The notes under the pieces: model-generated | What the model was told of the DNA's origin: nothing | The model's input: the letters and a program-made list of their open reading frames with translations, nothing else | The model's database searches: none | Translations under genes and position numbers: made by a program | In this document: piece after piece, positions 27,117 through 37,978 of the stretch | Layout: every line of letters starts with the position of its first letter | Position numbering within the stretch: position 1 is the stretch's first letter | DNA from: Candidatus Doudnabacteria bacterium | GTDB taxonomy: Bacteria > Patescibacteriota > JAQUNI01 | Assembly (NCBI GenBank): GCA_041644975.1 | Contig: JBAZQX010000004.1 | Location: forward strand, 9,189-73,188 | Reading direction: 5' to 3' | DNA length: 64,000 nucleotides

Positions 27117-27290
27117 TTGCCTGTACTTTTTGAAGTTACGATGAATAATGCCATCCTTCGTTCTAATGAACTACGGAGGGCAAGCCTTCCTTTGCTCTAG
27201 TGAATTATGGCGGATAAACCCGCCTTCTCCGCCTTAGGTGGATTCGGCGGGCAAGTCCACCTTCGCTCTGGTGAGCTATGGCGGATACAA
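27117..27290 (+). repeat. About 5 tandem degenerate REP-like units (CCxCCTTCGCT..GAGCTA(C/T)GGCGG) upstream of corA
   Basis: About 33-nt period, no unique spacers. Confidence 0.65.
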
Positions 27291-27293
27291 AAA

Positions 27294-28238
27294 ATGAAAA
27301 CTAAAAAAATCAAAATCATTAAATCTTATAATCTGACTTGGTATGATCTGGAAACGCCGGGAGAAAAAGAATATAAATTTTTACGGGAGCGTTTTCAATT
27401 TCACCCCCTAGATATTCAAGACTGCGTTTCGCCGGTGCAACGTCCTAAGATTGAAGAATATAATCACTATATTTTTTTAGTTGTCCGTATCCCTTTCTAC
27501 CAAAAGGAGGAAAGAGTCATCCGCGCTTTGGAGATAGATATTTTTGTGGGACAAAATTATCTCGTTACCGTGCATCAGGGTAAAAGCACCACCTTGAAAG
27601 ATTTTGTCCGCGAATGCCAAAATTATCGCGCGATTCGGGAAAAATATTTTCAATTTGGACCCGGCTTCTTATTATATGAAATCTTAAATCGGATGTTTGA
27701 CCGCTGTTATTCTCTTCTGGATGCCGTAGGCTCTGAAATTGACCGCGTAGAAAATCAAATGTTCAAAGGCCAAGAAAGGGAAATCGTGGAAATTATCGCC
27801 GGCATCAAGAGAAATGTGATTAATTTCCGCAAGATTATGAAAGCGCACGGACCACTGATGAAAAAATTGATCAACAGCGAAAAATTCTTTCTGAATTTAA
27901 ACGGCGCGCGCTTTAACAACAAGGAAATTCTTTTTGACAATCTTTTTGACAAGATTCAAGACATCTGGGACATCCTTGACGGCCACACGGAAACGATCGC
28001 CGCTTTAGAGACGACGAATGAAAATCTGATTTCTCATCGTTTAAACGAAATTATGAAGACCTTGACCGTTGTTTCGTCTATATTGCTGCCCGCCGCTTTA
28101 ATCACCCAAATTTTTGGAATGTCCTATGAATCAGCCCCGTTGCTTACGACCGGCGGCGGCTTATTCGTTGTCTTTTTATTAATCCTCTTCACACCTATTT
28201 CGCTGATTGTCATCTTTAAAAAGAAAAAATGGTTGTAA
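27294..28238 (+). CDS. corA: CorA family Mg2+/Co2+ transporter
   Basis: FHPLDIQD, QRPKIEEY, LNEIMKTLT, FGMS (GMN variant), KKKWL; ORF extension to 27207 is repeat-derived. Confidence 0.9.
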   Translation: MKTKKIKIIKSYNLTWYDLETPGEKEYKFLRERFQFHPLDIQDCVSPVQRPKIEEYNHYIFLVVRIPFYQKEERVIRALEIDIFVGQNYLVTVHQGKSTTLKDFVRECQNYRAIREKYFQFGPGFLLYEILNRMFDRCYSLLDAVGSEIDRVENQMFKGQEREIVEIIAGIKRNVINFRKIMKAHGPLMKKLINSEKFFLNLNGARFNNKEILFDNLFDKIQDIWDILDGHTETIAALETTNENLISHRLNEIMKTLTVVSSILLPAALITQIFGMSYESAPLLTTGGGLFVVFLLILFTPISLIVIFKKKKWL

Positions 28239-28342
28239 AATCTATTGACTTACGTTATATTACAAAGGCAGCTTTTTAAAAAATAGCTGTCTTTATTTGT
28301 TATGTGCCGTTGACAACAAATACCGGAAAGGAGGGATAACTG

Positions 28343-29035
28343 ATGCACCTTGTAAAAACTACAGCAGCACTCCATATGGGTTCCGAGCTAATCGGTAGAG
28401 TACATAAAACCCAAGGAAGATTCGTATTCAGGATTGTGCGCGCGATCCACAAATGGCCAATTTTGAAATGGATCACGGCGGACATATTGACGGCGATGCG
28501 TTTGGTAATTGCCCTTATGAATGTTTTGCTCTTTATTTTAGGAATAAGATGGGGCTTAACCCATTTTCTCCCCCTTCTGTTAAGCCTCACTATCATTGCC
28601 TACGCGTCTGACTTTTTTGACGGACAATGGGCTCGCGTGGAAGCAGAGGAAGGGACAAAGAAAAAAGATACAGATTTTGGCTCTTGGTTTGACAATACGG
28701 CGGACAAGGCCGTATGCATACCAAGTATGTTTTTCATAATGTACTTACAAAGGGCCTATCTGGCGCCCATTACAATGCTGATTATAGATATCGCTCTAGG
28801 AATCTTCCGCTGGATGATTGCTCGGAGATACAAAATGCAACTTCGAGCCAACCATTACGGAAAGTTCAAAACCTGGCTGCAGGGTTTTAGTATCAGTTTT
28901 GTCTTGGCAGACTACCTTATTCCGGGTATTGGGCAGGTGGGATATTATATCCTGCTCTATGGAGCTATCCCTGTAGGCATATTAAGCTTCCTGAAACATT
29001 ATCAAAATGTATATCCTCAAATTAAGGGAGTGTAA
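28343..29035 (+). CDS. CDP-alcohol phosphatidyltransferase (PgsA-like)
   Basis: DFFDGQWAR..FGSWFDNTADK; GKFKT. Confidence 0.88.
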   Translation: MHLVKTTAALHMGSELIGRVHKTQGRFVFRIVRAIHKWPILKWITADILTAMRLVIALMNVLLFILGIRWGLTHFLPLLLSLTIIAYASDFFDGQWARVEAEEGTKKKDTDFGSWFDNTADKAVCIPSMFFIMYLQRAYLAPITMLIIDIALGIFRWMIARRYKMQLRANHYGKFKTWLQGFSISFVLADYLIPGIGQVGYYILLYGAIPVGILSFLKHYQNVYPQIKGV

Positions 29036-29257
29036 AACGGGCTTTGAAACAAAGGCCCTTTTTTTTATCAATTTAATGAGGTAAAATAGGAGAAGAGTTA
29101 AAAATTATTCTAATTATTCTAATTATTCTAAATAATGACCAAATCTTGAATTACCCAATAATCTAACTTGATGATTGATTTTGTTTATTGGGATTTAGGC
29201 ATTGGGGCTTATTTAGGTCAATTAGGTTAATTAGAGCAATTAGAAATTTACAAATTT

Positions 29258-30697
29258 ATGCTTCAACTCTACAACACTCTAACCAAGAAAAAAGAAACAT
29301 TTATACCTCTGCATCGTGGCAAAGCAACGATGTATACCTGCGGTCCAACGGTTTATAATTACGCCCACATTGGCAATTTTCGCGCCTATTTAACCGCGGA
29401 TATTTTGCGCCGTTTTTTAGAATATTCAGGCTATGAAGTAAAAAACGTAAAAAATATTACCGATGTGGGACACTTAACGTCTGATTCCGACACTGGCGAG
29501 GATAAAATTGAAGCAACCGCAAAAAAGAAAAAATTGGATCCTTATGAGATCTCCTATTTTTACATGGAAAAATTTTTAGAGGATGAGGCACGGCTTAATA
29601 TCCTCCCGGCGCACAAATATCCCCGCGCCACCGCGCATATTCAGGAAATGATTAAAGCAATCGCCAGTTTAATCAAAAAGGGTTATGCCTATGAAAAAAA
29701 TGGCAATGTATTTTTTGATGTTACGCGCTTTAAAGATTATGGCAAATTATCCGGCAACACTTTGGAAAAATTAAAACAAGGAGCGCGGATTGAGCCCCAT
29801 CCGGATAAGAAAAATCCTTTTGACTTTGCCCTCTGGAAAAAAGCGGAAAAGGACCATATTATGCGCTGGGAATCACCTTGGAGCGTTGGCTACCCGGGCT
29901 GGCATATTGAATGTTCGGTAATGAGCATGGAATACCTTGGCGAAACATTAGATATTCACACTGGCGGAGAGGATAATATCTTCCCCCACCACGAAGATGA
30001 AATCGCCCAATCAGAAAGTTTAACAGGCAAACCCTTTGTCCATTATTGGGCGCATACAAGCTGGCTCCTTGTGGACAACGAAAAAATGAGCAAATCGCGC
30101 GGTAACTTTTACACTTTGCGCGATCTTGTTAAACTTGGCTACTCGCCGATGGCTTTCCGGCTTTTGGTCTTGCAATCGCACTACAAAAGCCATCTCAATT
30201 TCACCCATGGGGCGATTGACGCGGCGCAAGAAGGCTTACAAAAAATATACGATTTTACAGAAACTATGCTCTTATCCGGCGAACACGAAAAAGGCGGCGC
30301 TTCGCCCCAAGCAATCCGAAAGTTGATAAAGGAATACGAAAAAAAATTCATAGAAGCGCTGAACGACGATTTAAATACGCCCCAAGCCGTAGCCGTATTA
30401 TTTGATTTTATACGAAAAATTAATAATCTCGCTCCTCTGCGCAAGCGCGAAGCAAAGCCGATTTATAAATTTATATTACATTTGGATCGGGTTTTGGGGT
30501 TGGGAATAGACAAAGTGGGTCAAAAAAAGCAGGAAATTCCAGAAAAAATAAAAAAGATGGCAGAGGAAAGAGAAAAGGCGCGCGAGGCAAAAGATTTCGC
30601 GCAAGCGGATAACTTGCGAAAGGAGATAAAAAAGGCCGGATTTCTGATCCGCGATACAAAGAAAGGCGCGATTTTGACTAAAAAAAGAGGGCACTGA
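29258..30697 (+). CDS. cysS: Cysteine--tRNA ligase
   Basis: CGPTVY, HIGN, PGWHIECS, KMSKS. Confidence 0.98.
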   Translation: MLQLYNTLTKKKETFIPLHRGKATMYTCGPTVYNYAHIGNFRAYLTADILRRFLEYSGYEVKNVKNITDVGHLTSDSDTGEDKIEATAKKKKLDPYEISYFYMEKFLEDEARLNILPAHKYPRATAHIQEMIKAIASLIKKGYAYEKNGNVFFDVTRFKDYGKLSGNTLEKLKQGARIEPHPDKKNPFDFALWKKAEKDHIMRWESPWSVGYPGWHIECSVMSMEYLGETLDIHTGGEDNIFPHHEDEIAQSESLTGKPFVHYWAHTSWLLVDNEKMSKSRGNFYTLRDLVKLGYSPMAFRLLVLQSHYKSHLNFTHGAIDAAQEGLQKIYDFTETMLLSGEHEKGGASPQAIRKLIKEYEKKFIEALNDDLNTPQAVAVLFDFIRKINNLAPLRKREAKPIYKFILHLDRVLGLGIDKVGQKKQEIPEKIKKMAEEREKAREAKDFAQADNLRKEIKKAGFLIRDTKKGAILTKKRGH

Positions 30698-30951
30698 TGG
30701 AATAGTGCCCAAATTAAGGAACAAACTTCACTAGGCGAATAGGTTTTGCCTATATGCATTTTTTATGATATCCGCAAGGTAAGCTGGAAGTATAAACAGC
30801 ACTACTAAAACAATCACCAAAACAACCAAGAGAATACCAAGATACACTAACAGTGGTCCCAGCAATAACCAAAACCAGTATTCTGCAAAAAAATTCAAAA
30901 ATTTTTTCATCCTCTCCTCACCACCTTTTATCTTGATTCAGAATCTTAAAA

Positions 30952-32034
30952 TTAGGACAGGGGTGGGTAGAAAAAGAATAACTGGACGTGGGGATTGCCT
31001 ACAATCGTATACTCGTGCCCTGCCAGACAAGCAGGCATCATTAGGGTCACGCCCGGTTTTAAATAAAGATCGGAACCGAACCCTTTCAAATATCCGCTCC
31101 CAGAAGTCACGGCTATTCCGTAGAAGCCTTCTTTACATATCTCAACCTCTGAATTAACCGTAAGGCGAGAAGCGCCAAAGAATTGCCCCGTATTCTCTGG
31201 CAGGATGTCGCATTCGTTATTTCCGCCTTCCGTCCAGATGGTGCGGGGCTTCATAAACACTTCACTTTCAAACTTTTTCTTGTTGAAATAGCTAAAGTCA
31301 AGAGAATCTAGGGCTGTTTCCCAGTCCAATCCTAATAGCCCGTCGGCAGCACGAGGCAGACCAAGCATCTTCCACTCGGCAAAGATACTCCAGTCCGTCG
31401 GTTCCTGCGGCTCAAGGACGCAACAACCTATCAGCGAATGCGGCACTCCCGCTGGAATATAGAAGATATCCCCCCCAATTTCTGGTTCATAGATGAACAT
31501 GCAGCTACGCATCCCGTTCCCATTTTGATCCCGATACCATTCAGTAATGTCACGGCGAGTGATCTGACGGTCCCAGCCTACCCATACCTTGGCATCTCTC
31601 CTCGTTGCTATAATAATCCAGGCTTCCGTCTTCCCAAAAGGAGAGTTTAAATACTTTTGCGCAAATTTGCGATCCGGATGCCAGTGGACGGGGATATAGC
31701 TTGCTGTGTCAAAAATCTTTACTAAAATCCCCAGTGCCTGCCCCCATTTTACTAAATGATTGGGTCCTAACATTTCGGCTGGGAATTGCGCAATCAGTTC
31801 AGTTAAAAGGACAGTGCCGCCCCCAGGAAGCGCAACCCGCCCAATCCCCTCGTGGGGCTCATTCGTTCTTCCTGGCGTCATTGCCTTGTTCGTAGATAAA
31901 AACCAGCCCTCCGGGCGGCGATCATCCCGGGGACTAGGTTCGCCAAAGAATTGCGCCCTTAGTTTTCCACCCTGGTAACAATGCGGAAAAACACTGGGGA
32001 CCAGAACCAACGGACGTTCTAATAGACTTCCCAT
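30952..32034 (-). CDS. Mannose-6-phosphate isomerase class I-like cupin
   Basis: LVKIFD..PVHWHP..GKTEAW..IPAGVPH..EPQEPTD. Confidence 0.8.
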   Translation of the reverse strand: MGSLLERPLVLVPSVFPHCYQGGKLRAQFFGEPSPRDDRRPEGWFLSTNKAMTPGRTNEPHEGIGRVALPGGGTVLLTELIAQFPAEMLGPNHLVKWGQALGILVKIFDTASYIPVHWHPDRKFAQKYLNSPFGKTEAWIIIATRRDAKVWVGWDRQITRRDITEWYRDQNGNGMRSCMFIYEPEIGGDIFYIPAGVPHSLIGCCVLEPQEPTDWSIFAEWKMLGLPRAADGLLGLDWETALDSLDFSYFNKKKFESEVFMKPRTIWTEGGNNECDILPENTGQFFGASRLTVNSEVEICKEGFYGIAVTSGSGYLKGFGSDLYLKPGVTLMMPACLAGHEYTIVGNPHVQLFFFYPPLS

Positions 32035-32123
32035 CTTGGACCTCCTTGAAAGAGAGTTATTGGTTTATAGCGTTGTGAAAAAGAGCCCTCTAGAATCTAA
32101 AATTCTAACACTGTTTTGTAAAA

Positions 32124-33173
32124 ATGTCTAATTTTCATTGGCAAAAACTCACCAAACCCTTTATTTGTCTGGCGCCCTTGGCCGGGATCTCTGACTCCCC
32201 TTTTCGTCAAATCTGCAAGGAATTTGGCGCGGATGTGGTTTTTACTGAAATGATTTCCGCTGAAGGACTTAGCCGTGAGCAAAATAAAACTCTAGAGCTC
32301 ACCGCTTTTTCTCCCAAAGAACGACCTATTATCTTGCAACTCTTTGGTAAAAATCCAGAGAGTTTTGGACGCGCCGCGCAAGTGATTCAGAATTTATCGC
32401 CTGGGAAAAAACCAGATGGCGTTGACCTGAATCTAGGTTGTCCAGCGCGTAAAGTAAAAACTCACGGTTCGGGAATTTCCTTAATGCGCGATCCTGGTCT
32501 CGTTAATAAAATTATTGCCGCAATCACCGCGCATACCGATCTGCCGCTCTCCATTAAAATCCGCGCGGGAATTGGGAAAGAAGGGATTAAAGCGGCGAGT
32601 TTCGCTTCAAAAATCAACTGGCAAAAACTAGCCGCCGTTACTGTCCATGGCCGTTATTTAGAACAAGGATTTTCCGGACCCATTGATTATACGGAGATTA
32701 AAAAAATCAAAAGGATTGTGGGTGATAAAACCGTGATTGGAAATGGGGGGATTAAGGACTTAAGAAGCGCCCAAATAATGTTAAAAAAAACGGGAGTTGA
32801 TGGCGTAATGATTGGCAAAGGAGCTTTGGGGAGACCGTGGGTTTTTGAAAAAATTAAAAAAGCCTTAAAAAGAAAGACCCCTCCTAGCCTCCCCTTGCCA
32901 AGGGGAGGAAGAAATACTCTCCCCCTTGGTAAAGAGGGTAGAAAAGAGAGGGTCTTCGCCCCTTCATTACCAAACACAATAAAAACCGCCCTCAAGCACG
33001 CAAGATTGATGATTAAACTCAAAGGCGAAGAGAAGGGAATACGGGAAATGCGGAAACACCTTTTATGGTATTTCCACGATTTTGAGGGCGCCAAAGGAAC
33101 AAGGAAAAAACTTACTAAAATTGAAACATTTAGAGACTTGGAGGACACTCTCCTTTATCTTCCCAGTAATTAG
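32124..33173 (+). CDS. dusB: tRNA-dihydrouridine synthase
   Basis: LAPLAGISD, DLNLGCP, VHGR, GNGG, GVMIG; in-frame REP insertion near 32877-32955. Confidence 0.92.
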   Translation: MSNFHWQKLTKPFICLAPLAGISDSPFRQICKEFGADVVFTEMISAEGLSREQNKTLELTAFSPKERPIILQLFGKNPESFGRAAQVIQNLSPGKKPDGVDLNLGCPARKVKTHGSGISLMRDPGLVNKIIAAITAHTDLPLSIKIRAGIGKEGIKAASFASKINWQKLAAVTVHGRYLEQGFSGPIDYTEIKKIKRIVGDKTVIGNGGIKDLRSAQIMLKKTGVDGVMIGKGALGRPWVFEKIKKALKRKTPPSLPLPRGGRNTLPLGKEGRKERVFAPSLPNTIKTALKHARLMIKLKGEEKGIREMRKHLLWYFHDFEGAKGTRKKLTKIETFRDLEDTLLYLPSN

Positions 33174-33331
33174 CCGCAACAATCATAGCGCAAAAAATTA
33201 CGGCTAAAAGAATGATGAGCAACCTTATTATAAGCATGATCCTACCCTCTTTCTTTGATAAATGCGCCCTTTGAATCCCTTCCTTTTCTATGTTATACTA
33301 AAATGAATTAGCAGGCAAAATCTAGAAGCCT

Positions 33332-34690
33332 ATGGCCAGAACACAAAATCAAAAAGAAATAGAAAAAATGCCGCCTCAAAATATTGAAGCCGAAAAATCG
33401 GTTTTAGGGGCGGTGATGCTTGATCAAGACGCAATCATAAAAATCGCGGACACGATTAATGCCCAAGATTTTTATGTGGAAAAAAACAAGCAAATTTTTG
33501 AAGTAATGCTTGAGCTCTATGAAAAACGAGAACCAATTGACATCTTAAGCCTATCTAACTGTCTAGAAAACAAAGGCACATTAAAAGAGCTGGGGGGCTC
33601 AACGTATTTAACAAGCCTCGTGAATAGCGTGCCTAGCGCCGCGAATATTTTGCATTATGCAAAGATTGTTCGGGAAAAAGCGACCTTGCGCAGACTCATC
33701 CAAACTGGTCAAAAGATTGTGGAGTTAGGATATCTGGAAGAAGAGGATTTAGAAAAATTATTAGATAAAGCAGAGCAAGGGTTGTTTGCCGTTTCCCAGA
33801 AATATTTAAAACACAATTTCATTCCCATTCAGAGTATTTTAACCGAGGCCTTTGACCGCATTGATGAACTCCACAAACAGAAGGGCAAGCTCCGCGGCTT
33901 GCCGACAGGCTTTACAGATTTAGATAATCTTTTGGCGGGTTTGCAAAATTCTGACCTCATTGTCCTCGCCGCCAGACCTTCAATGGGGAAAACCTCTTTA
34001 GCCCTGGATATTGCCCGCCAAGTAGCCACACAAACGAAAGTGCCGGTTGGCATCTTTAGTTTGGAAATGAGTAAAGAACAGCTTGTGGACCGTCTCCTCT
34101 GCGCTGAAGCAGGCGTGGACCTTTGGAAGATGCGCACCGGTAAAATTAAAGAGGATGAATTCCCATATATTGGCGAGGCAATGGGCATTTTGGCGGAAAC
34201 GCCAATCTTTTTAGACGATTCCGCAACCAGTAATATTATGGAAATCCGCACCAAAGCCCGCCGTCTGCAGATGGAGCATAAAGTGGGACTCTTAATCATT
34301 GATTATTTGCAGTTGATGGAGGGCCGCACAACCGACAATCGGGTGCAGGAAGTTTCGGAAATCTCCCGCAACCTAAAGGCAATCGCCCGAGAACTCAATA
34401 TCCCCGTTCTCGCTTTGTCCCAGCTCTCGCGCGCCGTGGAATCGCGCTCACCAGCCATTCCTCAACTTTCTGATTTACGCGAATCGGGCAGCATTGAACA
34501 AGATGCCGATGTGGTAATATTTATCTATCGGGAAGTAATGTATAGGCGGGAAACCGAACGCGCCAATATTGCCGACATCTTTATTAAAAAACACCGTAAT
34601 GGTCCCACTGGCCAACTGGAACTTTATTTTAACGAAAATCAAGCCTCATTTAAAAATCTAGACAGACAACACAGCGAACTAACTACCTAA
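33332..34690 (+). CDS. dnaB: Replicative DNA helicase
   Basis: AARPSMGKT, SLEMS, IDYLQL, SQLSR, DLRESGSIEQDAD. Confidence 0.98.
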   Translation: MARTQNQKEIEKMPPQNIEAEKSVLGAVMLDQDAIIKIADTINAQDFYVEKNKQIFEVMLELYEKREPIDILSLSNCLENKGTLKELGGSTYLTSLVNSVPSAANILHYAKIVREKATLRRLIQTGQKIVELGYLEEEDLEKLLDKAEQGLFAVSQKYLKHNFIPIQSILTEAFDRIDELHKQKGKLRGLPTGFTDLDNLLAGLQNSDLIVLAARPSMGKTSLALDIARQVATQTKVPVGIFSLEMSKEQLVDRLLCAEAGVDLWKMRTGKIKEDEFPYIGEAMGILAETPIFLDDSATSNIMEIRTKARRLQMEHKVGLLIIDYLQLMEGRTTDNRVQEVSEISRNLKAIARELNIPVLALSQLSRAVESRSPAIPQLSDLRESGSIEQDADVVIFIYREVMYRRETERANIADIFIKKHRNGPTGQLELYFNENQASFKNLDRQHSELTT

Positions 34691-34819
34691 CTGTCATTTC
34701 GCGAGCGACCTGCCTCGGGCGGACTTCGTCACGTCGAAGGCTCTAACTTAGTCCAGCCGAAGGCGGACTCCTCGCATATTATAGACCTTTTACAAAATAA
34801 CCTTTTCTACTGCAATTGC

Positions 34820-34909
34820 CAGATTTCGGCTGCAAATGTTTCAGGGCTCGTTGCCGTATTTTAACCAAATACGGCTTCCTCGCCCTTCAACATTTTCGCT
34901 CGAAATCTG
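34820..34909. repeat. 90-nt imperfect palindrome (MITE/REP-like)
   Basis: CAGATTTCG/CGAAATCTG, AAATGTT/AACATTT, GCCGTATTT/AAATACGGC. Confidence 0.65.
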
Positions 34910-34947
34910 TCAATTTCGTAACGAAAAATTATTTCACAAAAGGTCTT

Positions 34948-35229
34948 ATGTTTGACTCTCTCAAGAATCTCAACCAATTAAGACAACAAGCCAAAAAAAT
35001 CAAAGAAGAATTAGGTAAAGAAGTTTTGATCGGCACCGCGGAAGATGGCAAAATTCAAATCACGATGGACGGCAACCAAGAGGTGAAGGCTGTGCGCATA
35101 GAACCGGATTTGCTTATTTCCGAAAACAAGGAAAAAATTGAAAAAGGCATCAAAGAAGCGATTACCCAATGTATTACCCAGATGCAAATGGCAATGGCGC
35201 GGAAAATGCAAAACGGCGGTTTATTTTAA
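34948..35229 (+). CDS. ybaB: YbaB/EbfC nucleoid-associated protein
   Basis: G.AEDGKIQITMDGNQEV..IEPDL; upstream of recR. Confidence 0.9.
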   Translation: MFDSLKNLNQLRQQAKKIKEELGKEVLIGTAEDGKIQITMDGNQEVKAVRIEPDLLISENKEKIEKGIKEAITQCITQMQMAMARKMQNGGLF

Positions 35230-35264
35230 TTACCATTTTGAAATTATTCTCATTCTTCTTGATT

Positions 35265-35481
35265 TGGAGGTCAAGCCTGCCGGCAGGCAGGCGAAGGCTT
35301 GACACTGGAGGTCGTGTGTCTGAAGATCTGGCATAGCCATGAAAAGCGCGACACGAGTAGCTGTCAGACTCTCGCCCGCCTGCCATCGCCTGTTGGTGAA
35401 GCCAATGGCGGGCAGGTCTGACCTCCAAGGCACGATACGGTTAATTAGACTAATTAGACATTAGGTTAATTAGAAATTTCT
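35265..35481. repeat. Composite repeat element, related copy at 61114-61281
   Basis: Shared GCCTGCCGGCAGGCAGGCGAA, AAGCGC.ACACGAGTA and CGGTTAATTAGACTAATTAGACATTAG. Confidence 0.75.
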
Positions 35482-36087
35482 ATGTCTCTTCTTCCCCAAT
35501 CCATAAAAGATTTAATAGATGAATTTGCCAAGCTACCCGGCATCGGTCCTAAGACCGCGGCTAGGCTTACTTTTTATTTATTGAAACAGCCGGATCAAGA
35601 ACTGGAGCGTTTTGGCGAAACCTTGCAAAATCTAAAGCAAAAAATCAATCTTTGCCCCACTTGCTTTACATTGGTTCAAAATAACTTCTGTCCTTTTTGC
35701 GATAATGTTAACCGCGATTCTAATCTAATCTGCGTAGTGGAAGAACCATTGGACATTATTGCCCTAGAAAAAACTAAAGAATACCGCGGGCTTTACCATG
35801 TCCTCCACGGTATCATTTCACCGATGGACGGAATTGGACCCGAACACTTAAAAATCCCCGAGCTAATCTCCCGTATTAAAAAAAATAAACCCGAAGAGAT
35901 TATCATCGCGACCAACCCCTCTCTTGAGGGAGAGGCAACGGCGATGTATCTTCAACGAGTTTTAAAAGATTTTAAGATCAAACTTACCCGCCTTGGCCGG
36001 GGATTGCCCACAGGCGGCGAATTGGAATACGCGGATGAAATTACCTTGATTAACGCTCTGCAAGGGCGGAGAGAAATAAAGCTATAA
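35482..36087 (+). CDS. recR: Recombination protein RecR
   Basis: LPGIGPKTAAR, C4 zinc finger, YHVLHG, EGEATA, LEYAD. Confidence 0.97.
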   Translation: MSLLPQSIKDLIDEFAKLPGIGPKTAARLTFYLLKQPDQELERFGETLQNLKQKINLCPTCFTLVQNNFCPFCDNVNRDSNLICVVEEPLDIIALEKTKEYRGLYHVLHGIISPMDGIGPEHLKIPELISRIKKNKPEEIIIATNPSLEGEATAMYLQRVLKDFKIKLTRLGRGLPTGGELEYADEITLINALQGRREIKL

Positions 36088-36193
36088 TACAAAATGTAGA
36101 GACGCAAATCATCGCGCCTCTACAACATATTGATTCTATTTTTTGTAGAGACAGGTTTCAAATTGGTCTCTACAATTTTTTTATTTTTTATTT

Positions 36194-36341
36194 ACCCCAT
36201 TAGAGAAAGTTCATCCTGTTACAAATAAATTTGTAACGGGACACGCTGACAAAGTCGGTGGCGGGGAAGATATAGACGCTGACGGTGGTTTAATGCTACC
36301 GTCAGCGGAAACCGTTAGAGAACGAAGTTCTCTAACGGGGT
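36194..36341. repeat. CCCCATTAGAGA..TCTCTAACGGGG element; inverted related copy at 61846-61975
   Basis: Shared AGAGAAAGTTCATCCTGTTACAAATAAATTTGTAACGGGA. Confidence 0.8.
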
Positions 36342-36655
36342 TTACACACAATCTCTTGCACTTGTAAAACTGTATACTGCGGACGAAAGCCTTGTCTTTT
36401 GGTATATCGCTTTTTCGCTTTGAATTTCAAAATATGCACTTTTTTACCTTTCTTGAGCGGCTCCAAAACCTTGACGGAAACCGAAATGCCAGAGACGCGC
36501 GGCTGGCCAACCTTAATCCCTTTATCATCCGCGTATACTAAAACATCATCCAAATTAATTGTTTCTTCTTTTTTGACATCCATTTTATCCACTTCTAAAA
36601 CATCACCCCGCGAAACCATATATTGTTTTCCCTGAACACGAATAATAGCAAACAT
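36332..36655 (-). CDS. rplU: 50S ribosomal protein L21
   Basis: MFAII..GKQY.V..VGQP..KFKAKKRY..QGFRPQYT. Confidence 0.96.
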   Translation of the reverse strand: MFAIIRVQGKQYMVSRGDVLEVDKMDVKKEETINLDDVLVYADDKGIKVGQPRVSGISVSVKVLEPLKKGKKVHILKFKAKKRYTKRQGFRPQYTVLQVQEIVCKPR

Positions 36656-36747
36656 AAAATAAGATAAATAATGATATGGTTTAGATTATAGCAAAAAAAT
36701 AAAAATTGGTCAAATAAAAATAAAATATGCTGATCTAGAAAAGGCGC

Positions 36748-37872
36748 CTATAAAGAAGCATCGCGCCCCTCCTTACGGCGATACCGTAAAACCAAGGTTA
36801 AAGCCAGACTAACCATAACAACGACCATAATGATAAGCGCCAAAAGTTTTTCTTTAGCTTGCAAAAACAAACCCGAAACCCCAAAGGCAAAAGATAAAAA
36901 GCACAAAAAGAGCACGGCTTGACGATGGGTAAAGCCAATGCCCAAAAGACGGAAATGCAGATGTTTCGCGTCGCCCTTAAATGGCGAACGGTGCTCAAAA
37001 AAGACGCGGCGGCAAATCACCCACAATGCGTCTAAAATTGGAATCCCCATAATAAGGAGCGTGGTTGCGATTTTTCCTCCCGCTAAAATAGCAAGTACCG
37101 CAAGCATAAAACCAGCGAACGTACTCCCGCCTTCGCCTAAAAAAATCTTCGCTGGATGGAAATTCAGAACTAAAAACCCCAAGAATACGCCGGCGCAAAT
37201 TATGGATAACAGAGCCGTTTCTGGCTGGTGCACGGCTTGGCTTAAACTTAAAAAGAACAAAATAACTGCTCCAATCGTCGTAACCCCCGAAGCCAAACCA
37301 TCCAAACCATCCAGATATTTCGTAGTGTAGATCATACCCAAAATCCAGAAAAAAGCAAACAAATCCGCGAACAAAGTAAGATAATAAGGAATACCCGCTA
37401 AAGTGAAAATCTCGATTTTCACCTGATCAAAATAAAAAAGCCCGCCCAAAGGATTAGTCGCGTATTTGATACCAATGCCGGAAGCTACGATGGCGGCAGC
37501 GGCAAGGAGCGGCCAGATAAACTGCTTCCACGGTTTTAAATTGTATTTGTCGTCTAAAATCCCTCCAATCATTAAAAATAAGCCGCCTACTAAGATGCCA
37601 ATCATATTTTTCAACCTAATCGTGCCTGTGGCTAAACTATGCGTAAAAAAAAGGTAAAAGAGAACTACCAAAACAAAAGCCGCGTAAACCGCCAGCCCGC
37701 CTAAAAGCGGAATCGGCGCCTTTTGAATCTTGCGTGGTAAAATTGGGTAATCCAAAATCCTAAAACGCAAAGCCAACTTGCGCACTAAAAAAGTCAAAAT
37801 CAAACAAAGCAAAGCCCCGATGAAAAAGGGAAGAATGAAACTGGCTAAATTATAGTGCCAAATGGTGGACAT
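36748..37872 (-). CDS. MraY/WecA/TagO family phosphoglycosyltransferase
   Basis: PLLGG, GILDD, DGLDGL, NFHPAKIFLG, HLHFRL. Confidence 0.92.
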   Translation of the reverse strand: MSTIWHYNLASFILPFFIGALLCLILTFLVRKLALRFRILDYPILPRKIQKAPIPLLGGLAVYAAFVLVVLFYLFFTHSLATGTIRLKNMIGILVGGLFLMIGGILDDKYNLKPWKQFIWPLLAAAAIVASGIGIKYATNPLGGLFYFDQVKIEIFTLAGIPYYLTLFADLFAFFWILGMIYTTKYLDGLDGLASGVTTIGAVILFFLSLSQAVHQPETALLSIICAGVFLGFLVLNFHPAKIFLGEGGSTFAGFMLAVLAILAGGKIATTLLIMGIPILDALWVICRRVFFEHRSPFKGDAKHLHFRLLGIGFTHRQAVLFLCFLSFAFGVSGLFLQAKEKLLALIIMVVVMVSLALTLVLRYRRKEGRDASL

Positions 37873-37978
37873 TATAATAACTCAAAATGTAAAACTCAAA
37901 CCTCAAAACTGTAACTTGAAAATAAAAAAGCTTCGAGGTTTTAGGTTTTGACTTTTGACATTTGAGTTTTGAAATATT

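Noticed and set aside
27117-27290. CRISPR array or Mg2+ riboswitch upstream of corA
   Set aside because: The units are degenerate, abut each other with no unique spacers and match a REP-like family; no cas genes and no M-box features recognised.
30750-30910. Small minus-strand membrane peptide downstream of the M6P-isomerase-like gene
   Set aside because: It has an SD and ATG but only about 50 codons and no recognisable family; possibly a frameshifted remnant.
34820-34909. SRP RNA near ybaB-recR
   Set aside because: No GGAA tetraloop or conserved domain IV internal loop on either strand; more like a MITE palindrome.
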